Both the position numbers and the translations under genes were made by a program. This document shows, in pieces, positions 29,622 to 38,579 of a DNA stretch of 64,000 bases. The notes beneath the pieces are model-generated. The model worked only from the letters and a program-made list of their open reading frames with translations. It was not told the DNA's origin and did not search any database. Origin of the DNA: an uncultured Desulfobulbaceae bacterium (lineage in GTDB: Bacteria > Desulfobacterota > Desulfobulbia > Desulfobulbales > BM004); NCBI GenBank assembly GCA_947259115.1, contig CAMYKS010000006.1:88079-152078 (forward strand), written 5' to 3'. Numbering within the stretch: position 1 is the stretch's first letter; each line of letters begins with the position of its first letter.

Positions 29622-29830
29622 GAGGTGCCTCCTTTTGCACTATGCCAACCCAACATGTTGGGTTGGACATTGTTGTTAAGCTTGTTACGATAAAACATTG
29701 TTAATACAAAGATACGATTCTCATTCGCTTTTATGCCGTCAATTTCCTTTCGTCGTAAAAAGGAGGTTAATTTCTGATTTGAATTCTAAGTGATATTATA
29801 GTAATGAAGCAACTATAAAATTGAACAATA

Positions 29831-29861
29831 TACGTATTTATATACGTATATATAATACGTA
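29831..29861 (-). promoter_or_regulatory. Triple TACGTA motif upstream of the HD-GYP unit
   Basis: TACGTA at 29831, 29843 and 29856 (13 then 12 nt spacing read on the minus strand). Confidence 0.6.
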
Positions 29862-30099
29862 CTAAATGGTGTAACTATTTATATTATATTACTTTTATTA
29901 TTTTTATTATTGCCGAATAATTTTCAAAGAAAGAAGCCGTGTATTAAAAGAATAATTGTTTAATGCGGCAAAGGAGAAATTGGCAGAGTGGTTGAACGAG
30001 CTATGAACAATGCTGGTGATGAGTTCTTTCCGTGTCGCCCGTTATATTCACCATCTGCTTTGAAGCGTTCTCTTGAAATAAAGTGTTGCGTGGCCATGT

Positions 30100-30128
30100 C
30101 AAAATGCCCCGCTGCTTGCGGTTGGGAT
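30100..30128 (+). repeat. Palindromic short repeat, copy 1 (resembles IS200/IS605- or REP-type ends)
   Basis: CAAAATGCCCCGCTGCTTGC is identical to 34382-34401. Confidence 0.65.
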
Positions 30129-30239
30129 GGATGGCATCCAATGATGTTTTAATGTTTTCAAGAAAGTTGTCGGCCTTCATGTAGCCGTAATGCCCCATCC
30201 CTTGGCTTGTGGGGATAGATCACTTGAGGCAACTTGCTT

Positions 30240-31244
30240 TTACAAATAGGATTTCAGAAGGCTTTTTCTCAGGCTTGTTTTTTTACCCTGCAGGCCGAGC
30301 TTCTTTCTTATCTGAAAGCGGTGGGTTTCAACGGTCCTGGGAGATATGTCCAACACGGCGGCAATCTCTTTTGTGCTCAGCCCCTGTTTTGTGAGGTTTG
30401 CCACCTGTATTTCCTTGGCAGTGAGCTTGAAAAGAAGCAACAGCCGATTGTAAAGGAACGGTGAGGCAAGAGCACTGAGGTTCTGCTCTATAAGAGCAAA
30501 AGTGTTTTTTTGCTCGGCGCTGAGTTTTGATCCCTTCAGCCTGTCAATATACGGCAGTATCATTTTTTCGATTTTCCCTTTAAGTTCTACATCATACTGC
30601 GCCCTTTCCTCGTCCCTTCTTTTCAGCAGGACCTCAAGGGCGATATTGCTTTCCTGCATCGCCTGTGTCTTTTTATGCAGCTTTTCCGCGGTGATTTTAT
30701 GCTCTTTAATCTCACGCTCGAGGGAGGCGACCGTTTCTGATAGTTGGGCCGTTCTCTCCGCAACACGGTGTTCAAGCTTATCCCGTGCCTCCTGCAGATC
30801 GGCAAGCAGAAAGACGCGTTCCTTTTCCAATCGCTTCTGTTCAATGCTGCGCCTGGCCAGGCCGCATATTTCCACCATGTTCAGCGGTTTTTTCAGGAAA
30901 AAGTCTACACCCATCTTGTAGCAGCGTTGGATTTCCTCGTCTTCGCCATGACCAGTGATAACTACAAGTGTGAAGGGCGATTCACGGTTAATCTTAATTG
31001 CTTTCATAAAATCATAACCGTCCATAACCGGCATTCTCAAATCGAGAAAAATCAACTCAGGGGATTCTCCAGAAAATGCTATAAGCCCCTCTTTGCCGTT
31101 ATCGGCAAAAGAGAGTTCGTAGCCTTCGTTTGCCAAGGCCATTTTAATAGCCATTTGTACGGTTTGCTCATCATCCACAACCAGTACCTTCGGAACAGAA
31201 ACTGTTTGAATCATCTGTGTTGTTGCTTCATCTGACAAAGTCAT
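30240..31244 (-). CDS. Response regulator: receiver, coiled coil and LuxR-type HTH
   Basis: VLVVDDE, FLDLRMPVMDG; C-terminal LTAKEIQVANL..QGLSTKEIA..L.IS.RTVETHR..IRKKLG. Confidence 0.93.
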   Translation of the reverse strand: MTLSDEATTQMIQTVSVPKVLVVDDEQTVQMAIKMALANEGYELSFADNGKEGLIAFSGESPELIFLDLRMPVMDGYDFMKAIKINRESPFTLVVITGHGEDEEIQRCYKMGVDFFLKKPLNMVEICGLARRSIEQKRLEKERVFLLADLQEARDKLEHRVAERTAQLSETVASLEREIKEHKITAEKLHKKTQAMQESNIALEVLLKRRDEERAQYDVELKGKIEKMILPYIDRLKGSKLSAEQKNTFALIEQNLSALASPFLYNRLLLLFKLTAKEIQVANLTKQGLSTKEIAAVLDISPRTVETHRFQIRKKLGLQGKKTSLRKSLLKSYL

Positions 31245-31279
31245 GGTTTCAACTCCTAGATATTCTGCTTTTCATGGCA

Positions 31280-33256
31280 TTAATGATGTACAGTAATCGG
31301 CAAAGAAATAATAAAGGTCGCTCCCCAGCCCTGCATCCGGCGATGCTCAATGGTACCGTTATGCTCTTTGATAATATTGCTGATAATGGCCAGACCAAGG
31401 CCTACTCCCTTTTCAGCTTTTTTCGTAGTAAAGAAGGGTTCAAATATGTCTTGCTCATTTGCCGTTTCGACGCCTGGACCGTTATCGGCAAAAGTAGTTT
31501 CCAGGAAATCCCCGGCTTTTTTCATGCTTACCCTGATCTTGCCGATTCCAACCTCTTCTATGGCATCAATGCTGTTTTGCAGCAGATTAATAAAAACCTG
31601 CTCAAGCTGCATTTTGTTACCGTAAATCTTTGGCAGATCATTCTCAATATCCCGGATTAAAACCTGGCTGCGAAGCCGCATTCTTTCGGCCATGAGGATC
31701 ATAGCATCATCAAGTACCTCGGGCAGGTACAAATCGGAACGCGACGCAATGTTTTTCCGGCCAAAATTGCGTAGGTGCTCGGTTATCAGCGTTATTCTTG
31801 CAACCTGCCGCAGAGCCTCCCTGAATTTATATCGTATTTCCTTCTCATCGAACCGTCCCTCATCAAGGTCCCGCAAAGCGGCTTGGTAGGCAATTTTAAC
31901 AAAGGTGAGCGGTTGGTTTATCTCATGGGCAATACCTGTGGCAATTTCACCGATTGATGCAAGTTTCGAAAGTGAAAGGGCCTTGAGCTCCATTTTCTTT
32001 CGTTCTTTTTCGGATTTTATTCTTTCGGTCACATTTCTGATAATGAGTTCGATTGCAGGCTCTCTTGCAAAGATTAATTTACTTGCTTTTATGTCAATGA
32101 TTATCCGGTTTCCGTCTTTGTGTAATACTTCAATCTGGTTTGGCGACCCGGGTGATTCCACAGATATCTTGTCCAGCCGTCTCCAGCCTGCCGGTTGCTG
32201 TTGAGCGGGTTGAAGCAGTTCCTCTGCATTGCGGCCGAGCAGTTCTTCACAGTTGTACCCGAAGATATTGCAAAAGGAATGATTGAGCCAGGTGAACTTT
32301 CCTTCTTGAATCATAGCCACGCCGTCAGCTATCCCTTCCGAGATGCTGCGGAATTTATTCTCACTTTCCCGTAAGGCAAGTTCAATTTTTTTGCGTGATT
32401 GTATCTCTCCCTCCAAATCCTCGACCTTCTTTTCCAGGTCGGTTTTCAAGGTATTAATTGTTTTGAAGGAGTTGTTCAGTGTTACGATCATGTTGTCGAA
32501 GGTGTCCGCCAACACCCCTACATCATCTTTGGCTTCCTTACTAATGCCATAATTCATGGAAATGTTTATCAGCCGCTTTAGTGGTTTAGTGACTTCCCGG
32601 ATTGTGAAATAGGTAGCTACACTGACAAGACCTAGAAAAAAAATCAGGAGTAGAACTCCTTTATTCAGCATTTCGTGGATAGCTTTTTGCAAATATGTTT
32701 TATTGAGGATCAAACCAACAAAACCGACGACATACATATCATTTGGGCTGGGAGGAGCATTAACTTCATCGAAATACATGTAATCAATGCTGAGTTGAGA
32801 AGATGCGGACTGTACCGGATGCCAGAACTCGATCCTCCTGGCATTATCAAGGTACAAGGTTTCCGGAGATATTTTTAACTGTTCAAAAAACTGCCCGGTA
32901 GCATTCTTTTTTTTGATGCAAATCTCCGTTTGATCCCAAGGCGGTTTAGTTTCTCTGTATAAAAGCTGCCCCTCAATATTATAGGCACAGACGCCGATTA
33001 CATCTTCAACACTGAGAGCTGCCCCGAGTGATTCCGAAATTTTATTTTTGTCTTCGGCGAACATGCCGAGCCGGACATTACTGGCTAAAACCGAGGTCAG
33101 CATTTTACCGTGTTTGATGTTCTCATTAGTAAGGTATTCTTTCTGGATTTGGAGGTAGAAGATACTGAGGGTGAGAGTTATAAGTAACATTACACCAGAC
33201 AGATGGGTGAAGATTTTGGCGCTGAAACTTTTGTTGATTATTCTGAAAAATATCAA
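31280..33256 (-). CDS. Membrane sensor histidine kinase (periplasmic domain, HAMP-like, PAS, HisKA, HATPase)
   Basis: Two TM segments; PAS; H-box GIAHEINQPL; N-box QVFINLLQNS; DNGPG, FEPFFTTK and GLGL. Confidence 0.95.
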   Translation of the reverse strand: MIFFRIINKSFSAKIFTHLSGVMLLITLTLSIFYLQIQKEYLTNENIKHGKMLTSVLASNVRLGMFAEDKNKISESLGAALSVEDVIGVCAYNIEGQLLYRETKPPWDQTEICIKKKNATGQFFEQLKISPETLYLDNARRIEFWHPVQSASSQLSIDYMYFDEVNAPPSPNDMYVVGFVGLILNKTYLQKAIHEMLNKGVLLLIFFLGLVSVATYFTIREVTKPLKRLINISMNYGISKEAKDDVGVLADTFDNMIVTLNNSFKTINTLKTDLEKKVEDLEGEIQSRKKIELALRESENKFRSISEGIADGVAMIQEGKFTWLNHSFCNIFGYNCEELLGRNAEELLQPAQQQPAGWRRLDKISVESPGSPNQIEVLHKDGNRIIIDIKASKLIFAREPAIELIIRNVTERIKSEKERKKMELKALSLSKLASIGEIATGIAHEINQPLTFVKIAYQAALRDLDEGRFDEKEIRYKFREALRQVARITLITEHLRNFGRKNIASRSDLYLPEVLDDAMILMAERMRLRSQVLIRDIENDLPKIYGNKMQLEQVFINLLQNSIDAIEEVGIGKIRVSMKKAGDFLETTFADNGPGVETANEQDIFEPFFTTKKAEKGVGLGLAIISNIIKEHNGTIEHRRMQGWGATFIISLPITVHH

Positions 33257-33313
33257 ATCGAACCCTTTAAGTTTCCTTTGCTTTATGATGCCCTGTCCTT
33301 ATTCTCTACTGCC

Positions 33314-34285
33314 CTATTCATGACTATTCAATGCCATAATGTCTATCCCCAGTAACTTTGCTGCCAAGTGATTCACCCGGACATTAACTTTGCGGACCTG
33401 GACAGGCGAAAAATCGGATACTTTGGTGCCGTTCAGTATTTTAAGGGCCAGTTCCCCGGCCTGCTTTCCCATGTCGGTAGCATCAAAAGATACGGAAAGC
33501 GTCGCCCCCAGTTTTAAATATTTTTCTGCAAATGTGAGGACCGGTATCCTATTTTCCAGAGAGAAGAGAAAAATATAATCCAAAGTCTGCGGGGTGATCA
33601 CCGTTTGGTCCGGCAGCATCCAGTAACAATCAATTTTATCTTTCATCCTGGCGAGCCGACTGGGAATTTCCTTTGAAGTTTTTACGGGCAGAGCAACAAG
33701 ATGTATGCCAATCCGCTTGGCAAATTCTTCCGCTTCACGAACAAGGGTGCCAGTTCTGTCGGGATTGTAAAGCAGGCCTATACGCTTGATTTCCGGAATA
33801 AGGTGGATGAGGCTGGTAAGCTGCTGCTTTGCAGTCACGTTCATATTAATACCTGTAATGTTGTCTTGTGTCCCGGCTACCAATCCCGGGTTGGGGGCCA
33901 GGAGATATATAATCGGGATATCGCTGATACCCTTGACCAGCGCAAGGCTGCTGCTGCCAATCACCAAAAGGAGATCAGGATGCCGCCTGGCAATTTCCTG
34001 CTTCAGATGTTGGAGATTCTTTTCTGCGGAAAGGATACGTGTGGTAACGGTGTGGGGCTGAATAGTTTTCAGGCCGCGGGTTGAGATATCACGAAGTACT
34101 ATGGTTTCAAACCCCTGCAAGGCATTGTTGTAAACCTGCAACTGTGCACTCTGGACCACAAGGATATCGTCGGCCCAGGCATGGGTCTTTTGAAAGCTGA
34201 TGAAAATAAACAGGATCAGGAATATTTTCTTATTTGAAATTATTCTTAACATATGAGAGAGTAGTGATGCATTAAAGTAATGCAT
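33314..34285 (-). CDS. ABC-type periplasmic substrate-binding protein (ABC_sub_bind family); no permease nearby
   Basis: Signal peptide; PDLLLVIG, NITGI, KRIGLLYNP, WMLPD and MGKQAGELALKIL motifs; directly upstream of the kinase. Confidence 0.85.
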   Translation of the reverse strand: MHYFNASLLSHMLRIISNKKIFLILFIFISFQKTHAWADDILVVQSAQLQVYNNALQGFETIVLRDISTRGLKTIQPHTVTTRILSAEKNLQHLKQEIARRHPDLLLVIGSSSLALVKGISDIPIIYLLAPNPGLVAGTQDNITGINMNVTAKQQLTSLIHLIPEIKRIGLLYNPDRTGTLVREAEEFAKRIGIHLVALPVKTSKEIPSRLARMKDKIDCYWMLPDQTVITPQTLDYIFLFSLENRIPVLTFAEKYLKLGATLSVSFDATDMGKQAGELALKILNGTKVSDFSPVQVRKVNVRVNHLAAKLLGIDIMALNSHE

Positions 34286-34381
34286 GGCTTTTCACTTTAA
34301 AGGTTGGTTTTTGAAAGTTCAATAAGAAAGAAAAAAGAGGGATAAACATATTTGAAAGTGTTGATGTTTTACAAGGCCCAC

Positions 34382-34410
34382 CAAAATGCCCCGCTGCTTG
34401 CTGCGGGGAT
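34382..34410 (+). repeat. Palindromic short repeat, copy 2
   Basis: CAAAATGCCCCGCTGCTTGCTGCGGGGAT forms a hairpin. Confidence 0.65.
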
Positions 34411-34528
34411 AGGTCACATGAAAGGCGACAACTTTCTTTTACTTCTTAATTAACAAGAAATCCTTGATAAGGCTAATAAAAAAGGAAAAAAAACATGCAG
34501 TGATATATCTGCAACTTCCGGTTAAAAA

Positions 34529-36412
34529 ATGAAAAACGCCATGTTAAGTACTGCCAGTATCTTGCCCCTGTTTCTGGCTACAGTTTTATCTGTTCCGGCC
34601 TTGGGAGCTGAGCTGAGCCCGGCCGAGCTGGACGAGCTTTATCTTTATTTCAAGGATGACCAACTGGTGGAGGTCGAGACCCGCAGCCCGAAACCGCTCA
34701 ATCAGGTAGCTGAGAACGTCACGGTTATCACCGCCGAGGAGATTGAGGGCATGAACGCCCATACGGTAGCCGAGGTCTTGAACCGTGTGCCAGGCATTAT
34801 TATGGAGGGCAGCTACACTGATTTCGGCAGCTCTTCAACAATTTTTATTCAGGGTTCTGATTATGAACATGTCCTGGTGCTCCTTGACGGCATCCGCTGG
34901 GGTTATGTCAGTTTCGATTATGCGGAGACCAACACCATCCCGGTGCAGATCATCAAGCGTATCGAGATTATCAAGGGGGCTGCCTCATCCACCTGGGGCT
35001 CTTCGCTTGGGGGAGTGGTGAACATCATCACAAAGGATACCGGAAAGGACGCCATTCCGACCGGCTCCCTGTCCGGTTCCTATGGAGAGAACAGCACCAC
35101 CCATCTGCGGGGCGATGCGGCAGGCATGCTGGGCCGGCTTGGCTATTATATTTATGGAAGTTATCAGGAGTCGGACGGTATCGAGGACAGCCGTTTCTTC
35201 GACAACAAGAACTTTTACGTTAAGCTGCAGCTGGACCTGCCAAATCAAATTGACATTGGGGGCACCTTCGGTCACAACAGGCCGGAATATAAATATTACC
35301 ATATTCCAGCGTGGGATGAAGAAGGGGTGATCAATGATCGTGTCTATAACGCCACCGCCTTCTTTACAGCTCCATTGGGAAACACAGTCACACTTAACCT
35401 GAATGGTTACTGGTTTAAAGATACGTTCACCGATAAATGGCAGCCGATTTCAGCCGGAATTCCCATTAATAAAGTGCGCTACAAGGGTGAATCAACCGGC
35501 GCCAGCGGACGTCTTGTCTGGGACACCAATACACAAACCCTGGTCCTGGGTATGGACTATGAGCGGCGGGAGAACACCGAAACTGATCAGTTGACGTCCT
35601 ACACATCAAAAAGCCAACATGATGAAATTTGGGCTTTTTTTATCAATGATACCATACGGCTTAACCGGCTGACAGTAATCCCCGGATTGCGCTATGACCA
35701 TCTTTCCATTGCCGATGACAAGATCAGCCCCAGCCTCGGCCTGACTTATCAGGTGAATGATAAAACCCTGCTGCGGGGCAATGTTTCGCGCGGCTTCCGC
35801 AAACCCTATGCCTCGATAAAAACAGGTGATTCATTATTCTTTCCAGAGGCTAACCCGGACCTGGAGTCAGAAGAGATCACCTCATTTCAGGCCGGGGTGG
35901 AAAATAATGCCATTCCCTTTGTGAAGATCAAGGCAAACCTTTTCCTGCATCGGGCAGTAGATGTCTGGGTGAATGATCCTGACACCTTTATCTTTGTGAA
36001 CAACGGTGATTTTGACCGGCAGGGCGTTGAGTTGGAACTGCAGACCGCCTCGTTTCACAATTTTTCGGCCAGCGTCAATGGCCTGTACCTGCGCATGAAG
36101 CCGGATGATGAATCCAGTGCCACCCATTATGAGGCTAATATTCTTGTAAAGTATGACGATGGGACCTGGCGGGGGCAATTGTTCGGCCATAATGTCTGGC
36201 TCGGCGACGTCTCCCCGCCTGTTACCTGGGACGATGAAACAGGCACCTTTATCTGGGATTTAGTTCTCGGCAGGCGTTTTCATCTGCAGCAGGATACATC
36301 AGCCGAGCTCTTTGCCGAACTGCATAACGTCTTTGACGATGACCAGTATTTTCAATGGGTTTTTCCCAATGCCGGACGCTGGTTTGAAGCTGGCATCAGA
36401 TTTACATATTAA
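34529..36412 (+). CDS. TonB-dependent outer-membrane receptor
   Basis: Signal peptide; plug motifs VTVITAEEIE, EVLNRVPG and RIEIIKGAASSTWG..GGVVNIITK; GLRYD; C-terminal aromatic residue (GIRFTY). Confidence 0.95.
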   Translation: MKNAMLSTASILPLFLATVLSVPALGAELSPAELDELYLYFKDDQLVEVETRSPKPLNQVAENVTVITAEEIEGMNAHTVAEVLNRVPGIIMEGSYTDFGSSSTIFIQGSDYEHVLVLLDGIRWGYVSFDYAETNTIPVQIIKRIEIIKGAASSTWGSSLGGVVNIITKDTGKDAIPTGSLSGSYGENSTTHLRGDAAGMLGRLGYYIYGSYQESDGIEDSRFFDNKNFYVKLQLDLPNQIDIGGTFGHNRPEYKYYHIPAWDEEGVINDRVYNATAFFTAPLGNTVTLNLNGYWFKDTFTDKWQPISAGIPINKVRYKGESTGASGRLVWDTNTQTLVLGMDYERRENTETDQLTSYTSKSQHDEIWAFFINDTIRLNRLTVIPGLRYDHLSIADDKISPSLGLTYQVNDKTLLRGNVSRGFRKPYASIKTGDSLFFPEANPDLESEEITSFQAGVENNAIPFVKIKANLFLHRAVDVWVNDPDTFIFVNNGDFDRQGVELELQTASFHNFSASVNGLYLRMKPDDESSATHYEANILVKYDDGTWRGQLFGHNVWLGDVSPPVTWDDETGTFIWDLVLGRRFHLQQDTSAELFAELHNVFDDDQYFQWVFPNAGRWFEAGIRFTY

Positions 36413-36527
36413 TCCTCCTGATTAAAATATTTTAACCTGCACCTACCTTCTGTCAGATTGTTATGGAAATCTTTCGGTATACGGCATGAGTATAAAACGC
36501 TTGCTACGGGATTAGGTGTTCATGAAA

Positions 36528-36558
36528 TACGTAAAATAAATACGTAATTGCATACGTA
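36528..36558 (+). promoter_or_regulatory. Triple TACGTA motif upstream of the peptide precursor
   Basis: TACGTA at 36528, 36541 and 36553 (13 then 12 nt spacing). Confidence 0.6.
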
Positions 36559-36716
36559 TATAATCTAATTTTTGTTGTGCATCATTATCGATCATTCGTT
36601 AAATTTGAATTATGAAAAAAGTATTTTGCTTCGTTATATGCGCATGAAAAAACCGAAACAAATGAATAAGGACGGTGTGTTGCATCAACAATGAAATCTT
36701 ACTAAGGAGTTGTGAA

Positions 36717-36824
36717 ATGGAAAAGAAGAAACTCATTGTATTGGCTAAAGGAACTGACCCGAAGGAAATAGCTGTCAGAGCTGCATGTTGTAAGGTGGGA
36801 CCCAGAAGGTTTAAAGCCTGGTAA
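36717..36824 (+). CDS. 35-aa RiPP-like precursor (geopeptide-type) MEKKKLIVLAKGTDPKEIAVRAACCKVGPRRFKAW; missing from the ORF track
   Basis: AAGGAG RBS 7 nt upstream; IVL..G leader followed by a CC core; hairpin right after; radical SAM/SPASM gene about 1.8 kb downstream. Confidence 0.85.
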   Translation: MEKKKLIVLAKGTDPKEIAVRAACCKVGPRRFKAW

Positions 36825-36843
36825 AATCAAAACTTCTTATCTT

Positions 36844-36877
36844 GCACAAATGGGGGATGAAACTCCCCCATTTGTGC
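36844..36877 (+). terminator. Hairpin immediately after the precursor gene
   Basis: 13-bp stem: GCACAAATGGGGG / CCCCCATTTGTGC. Confidence 0.7.
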
Positions 36878-37053
36878 CCATGGAAGGCTTTTTCAGCTGC
36901 TGTTGATGATTTTGCCGGCCCGGACTGGAATGTTTCCAGCAGTTTTGGCCTAATTTACAGATGTTCTCAATCAAGATGGGCCAGATAATCAAGCCGGTTT
37001 GCCATTTTGCAAACAAATTTCGGACCGTTCATTGCCGGTCAATATCTCCAGGA

Positions 37054-38334
37054 CTATCTGCGATGTCCCATGATAAACCGTCGGAACTCTTGCTGCGTGC
37101 ATCCCCATATTACGACCAAGGACATTATTCCGCCGCTGAACAGGAATATGACGTTCAGGCGATGATTGAAATAGTCGGCTGCCACTCCCGCAATTCCCAT
37201 GGCAACAGGTGAAACACATAGCACAAGAGTTGTTAATACAGATAAGACCCTACCCCTCATTTCCTGGGGGATAGAGACCTGAAGTTTCGAATATATATAG
37301 TTACTGTTTAATCCAGTCAGAATCCCGTTGCCGGTCATAATGATCAAGGCGAGCCATGTCTGATGGACAAATGCCAGAGCACCATACCCTATACCCATGA
37401 AAAACATACATGCCATCATCAGCCAACCTATCCCATGGCCACGCTTGGGAAGGATGGCCGGCAACCAGTAGCCGATGGTGGTGCCCAGGGCCATACCTGC
37501 GAAGATATACCCGACCCAATCGAGCGTGGCATTCAGGAACCTGCCGTCCTTCACATAAAAGGGCATGAGGACAAAAAAAGGCTCAACAAAAAAATTGAGC
37601 GCTCCGTAGACCCAAATAACATTACGCAGCCCTCTATTCTTCAAAACAAAGGCAAACCCTTCTTTTGTATCTGTGAAAAGCTGCTTAACAGATTTTCGCC
37701 AATCGCCAAGCCCACCCTGCGGTTTCTGGATTGTCGTAATAAAACTCTCACTCGCAGCACTGAAAATAAAGGTTAAACTATCCAGGATAAATATTGCCGG
37801 CCCACCGAGCATACGGTATATGACAGCACCAACCCCTCTGCCCAGCAGATCCGCTACCTGTATCAGCACCATCTCCAGGGCATTGGCGGTTGCCACCTTA
37901 TCAAAGGGTACAAGATCAGGGGTAATCGATATCACTGCACTGCTGAAAAATATATTTGTTATCGCCATGCCGACGTAGACAACAAAAATCACACTTATTA
38001 TGAAACCCGGGTTTTTTGCATAAAACACAAGGGCAAGTGCCATTACCAGCGACAGCAGACCGGACACGATATCGCAAATTACAATGATTTTTTTTCTTGA
38101 AAACCTGTCAGCCAGAGCTCCACTTATCGGCCCGAGAATGATATTGGGGATTGCGGCGATCATCAGAAGAGTCCCCATCATGGTGGCGGAGTCAGTCGTC
38201 TCGACAATCCAGAGCATCAAGGCGATCCTGGCCAGACTCTCGCCAAACATGCTGACTGTTTGTCCCTGCCAAAGTAAGAGGTAGTTTTTATTTAATAAAC
38301 GGCTTGGTATCTGTTTCTGACCAGAAAATTGCAT
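37054..38334 (-). CDS. MFS transporter (macrolide/peptide efflux-like)
   Basis: LLWQGQTVSMFG, MFS motif A GALADRFSRKK and IPQEMRGRV; about 12 TM segments. Confidence 0.92.
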   Translation of the reverse strand: MQFSGQKQIPSRLLNKNYLLLWQGQTVSMFGESLARIALMLWIVETTDSATMMGTLLMIAAIPNIILGPISGALADRFSRKKIIVICDIVSGLLSLVMALALVFYAKNPGFIISVIFVVYVGMAITNIFFSSAVISITPDLVPFDKVATANALEMVLIQVADLLGRGVGAVIYRMLGGPAIFILDSLTFIFSAASESFITTIQKPQGGLGDWRKSVKQLFTDTKEGFAFVLKNRGLRNVIWVYGALNFFVEPFFVLMPFYVKDGRFLNATLDWVGYIFAGMALGTTIGYWLPAILPKRGHGIGWLMMACMFFMGIGYGALAFVHQTWLALIIMTGNGILTGLNSNYIYSKLQVSIPQEMRGRVLSVLTTLVLCVSPVAMGIAGVAADYFNHRLNVIFLFSGGIMSLVVIWGCTQQEFRRFIMGHRR

Positions 38335-38579
38335 TTGTACGATCGTATTGGTGAAAGATTAATAAACTTCACGGCGAAAATTGTAAAAAAGATACATACC
38401 ATCTAAATACTCGACACACATCTTTATGATGTTTTTCTTTTGTATTTACATAATCTATCTAAAGGACTTGGGCTGTTAATTGCATTTGCCTTTTTGAGTA
38501 AAGGAGTATAGTTTTTTATCTGAAGACTTCGTTTAATATACTGTTGGTCAACTTATACCTGTTGAGAAAAGATTACGCC

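Noticed and set aside
30001-30198. 65-aa ORF downstream of the LuxR regulator
   Set aside because: Runs through the palindromic repeat and has no clear family; at most a gene remnant
36612-36647. 11-aa ORF MKKVFCFVICA as a second precursor
   Set aside because: No RBS, no leader, and too short to support
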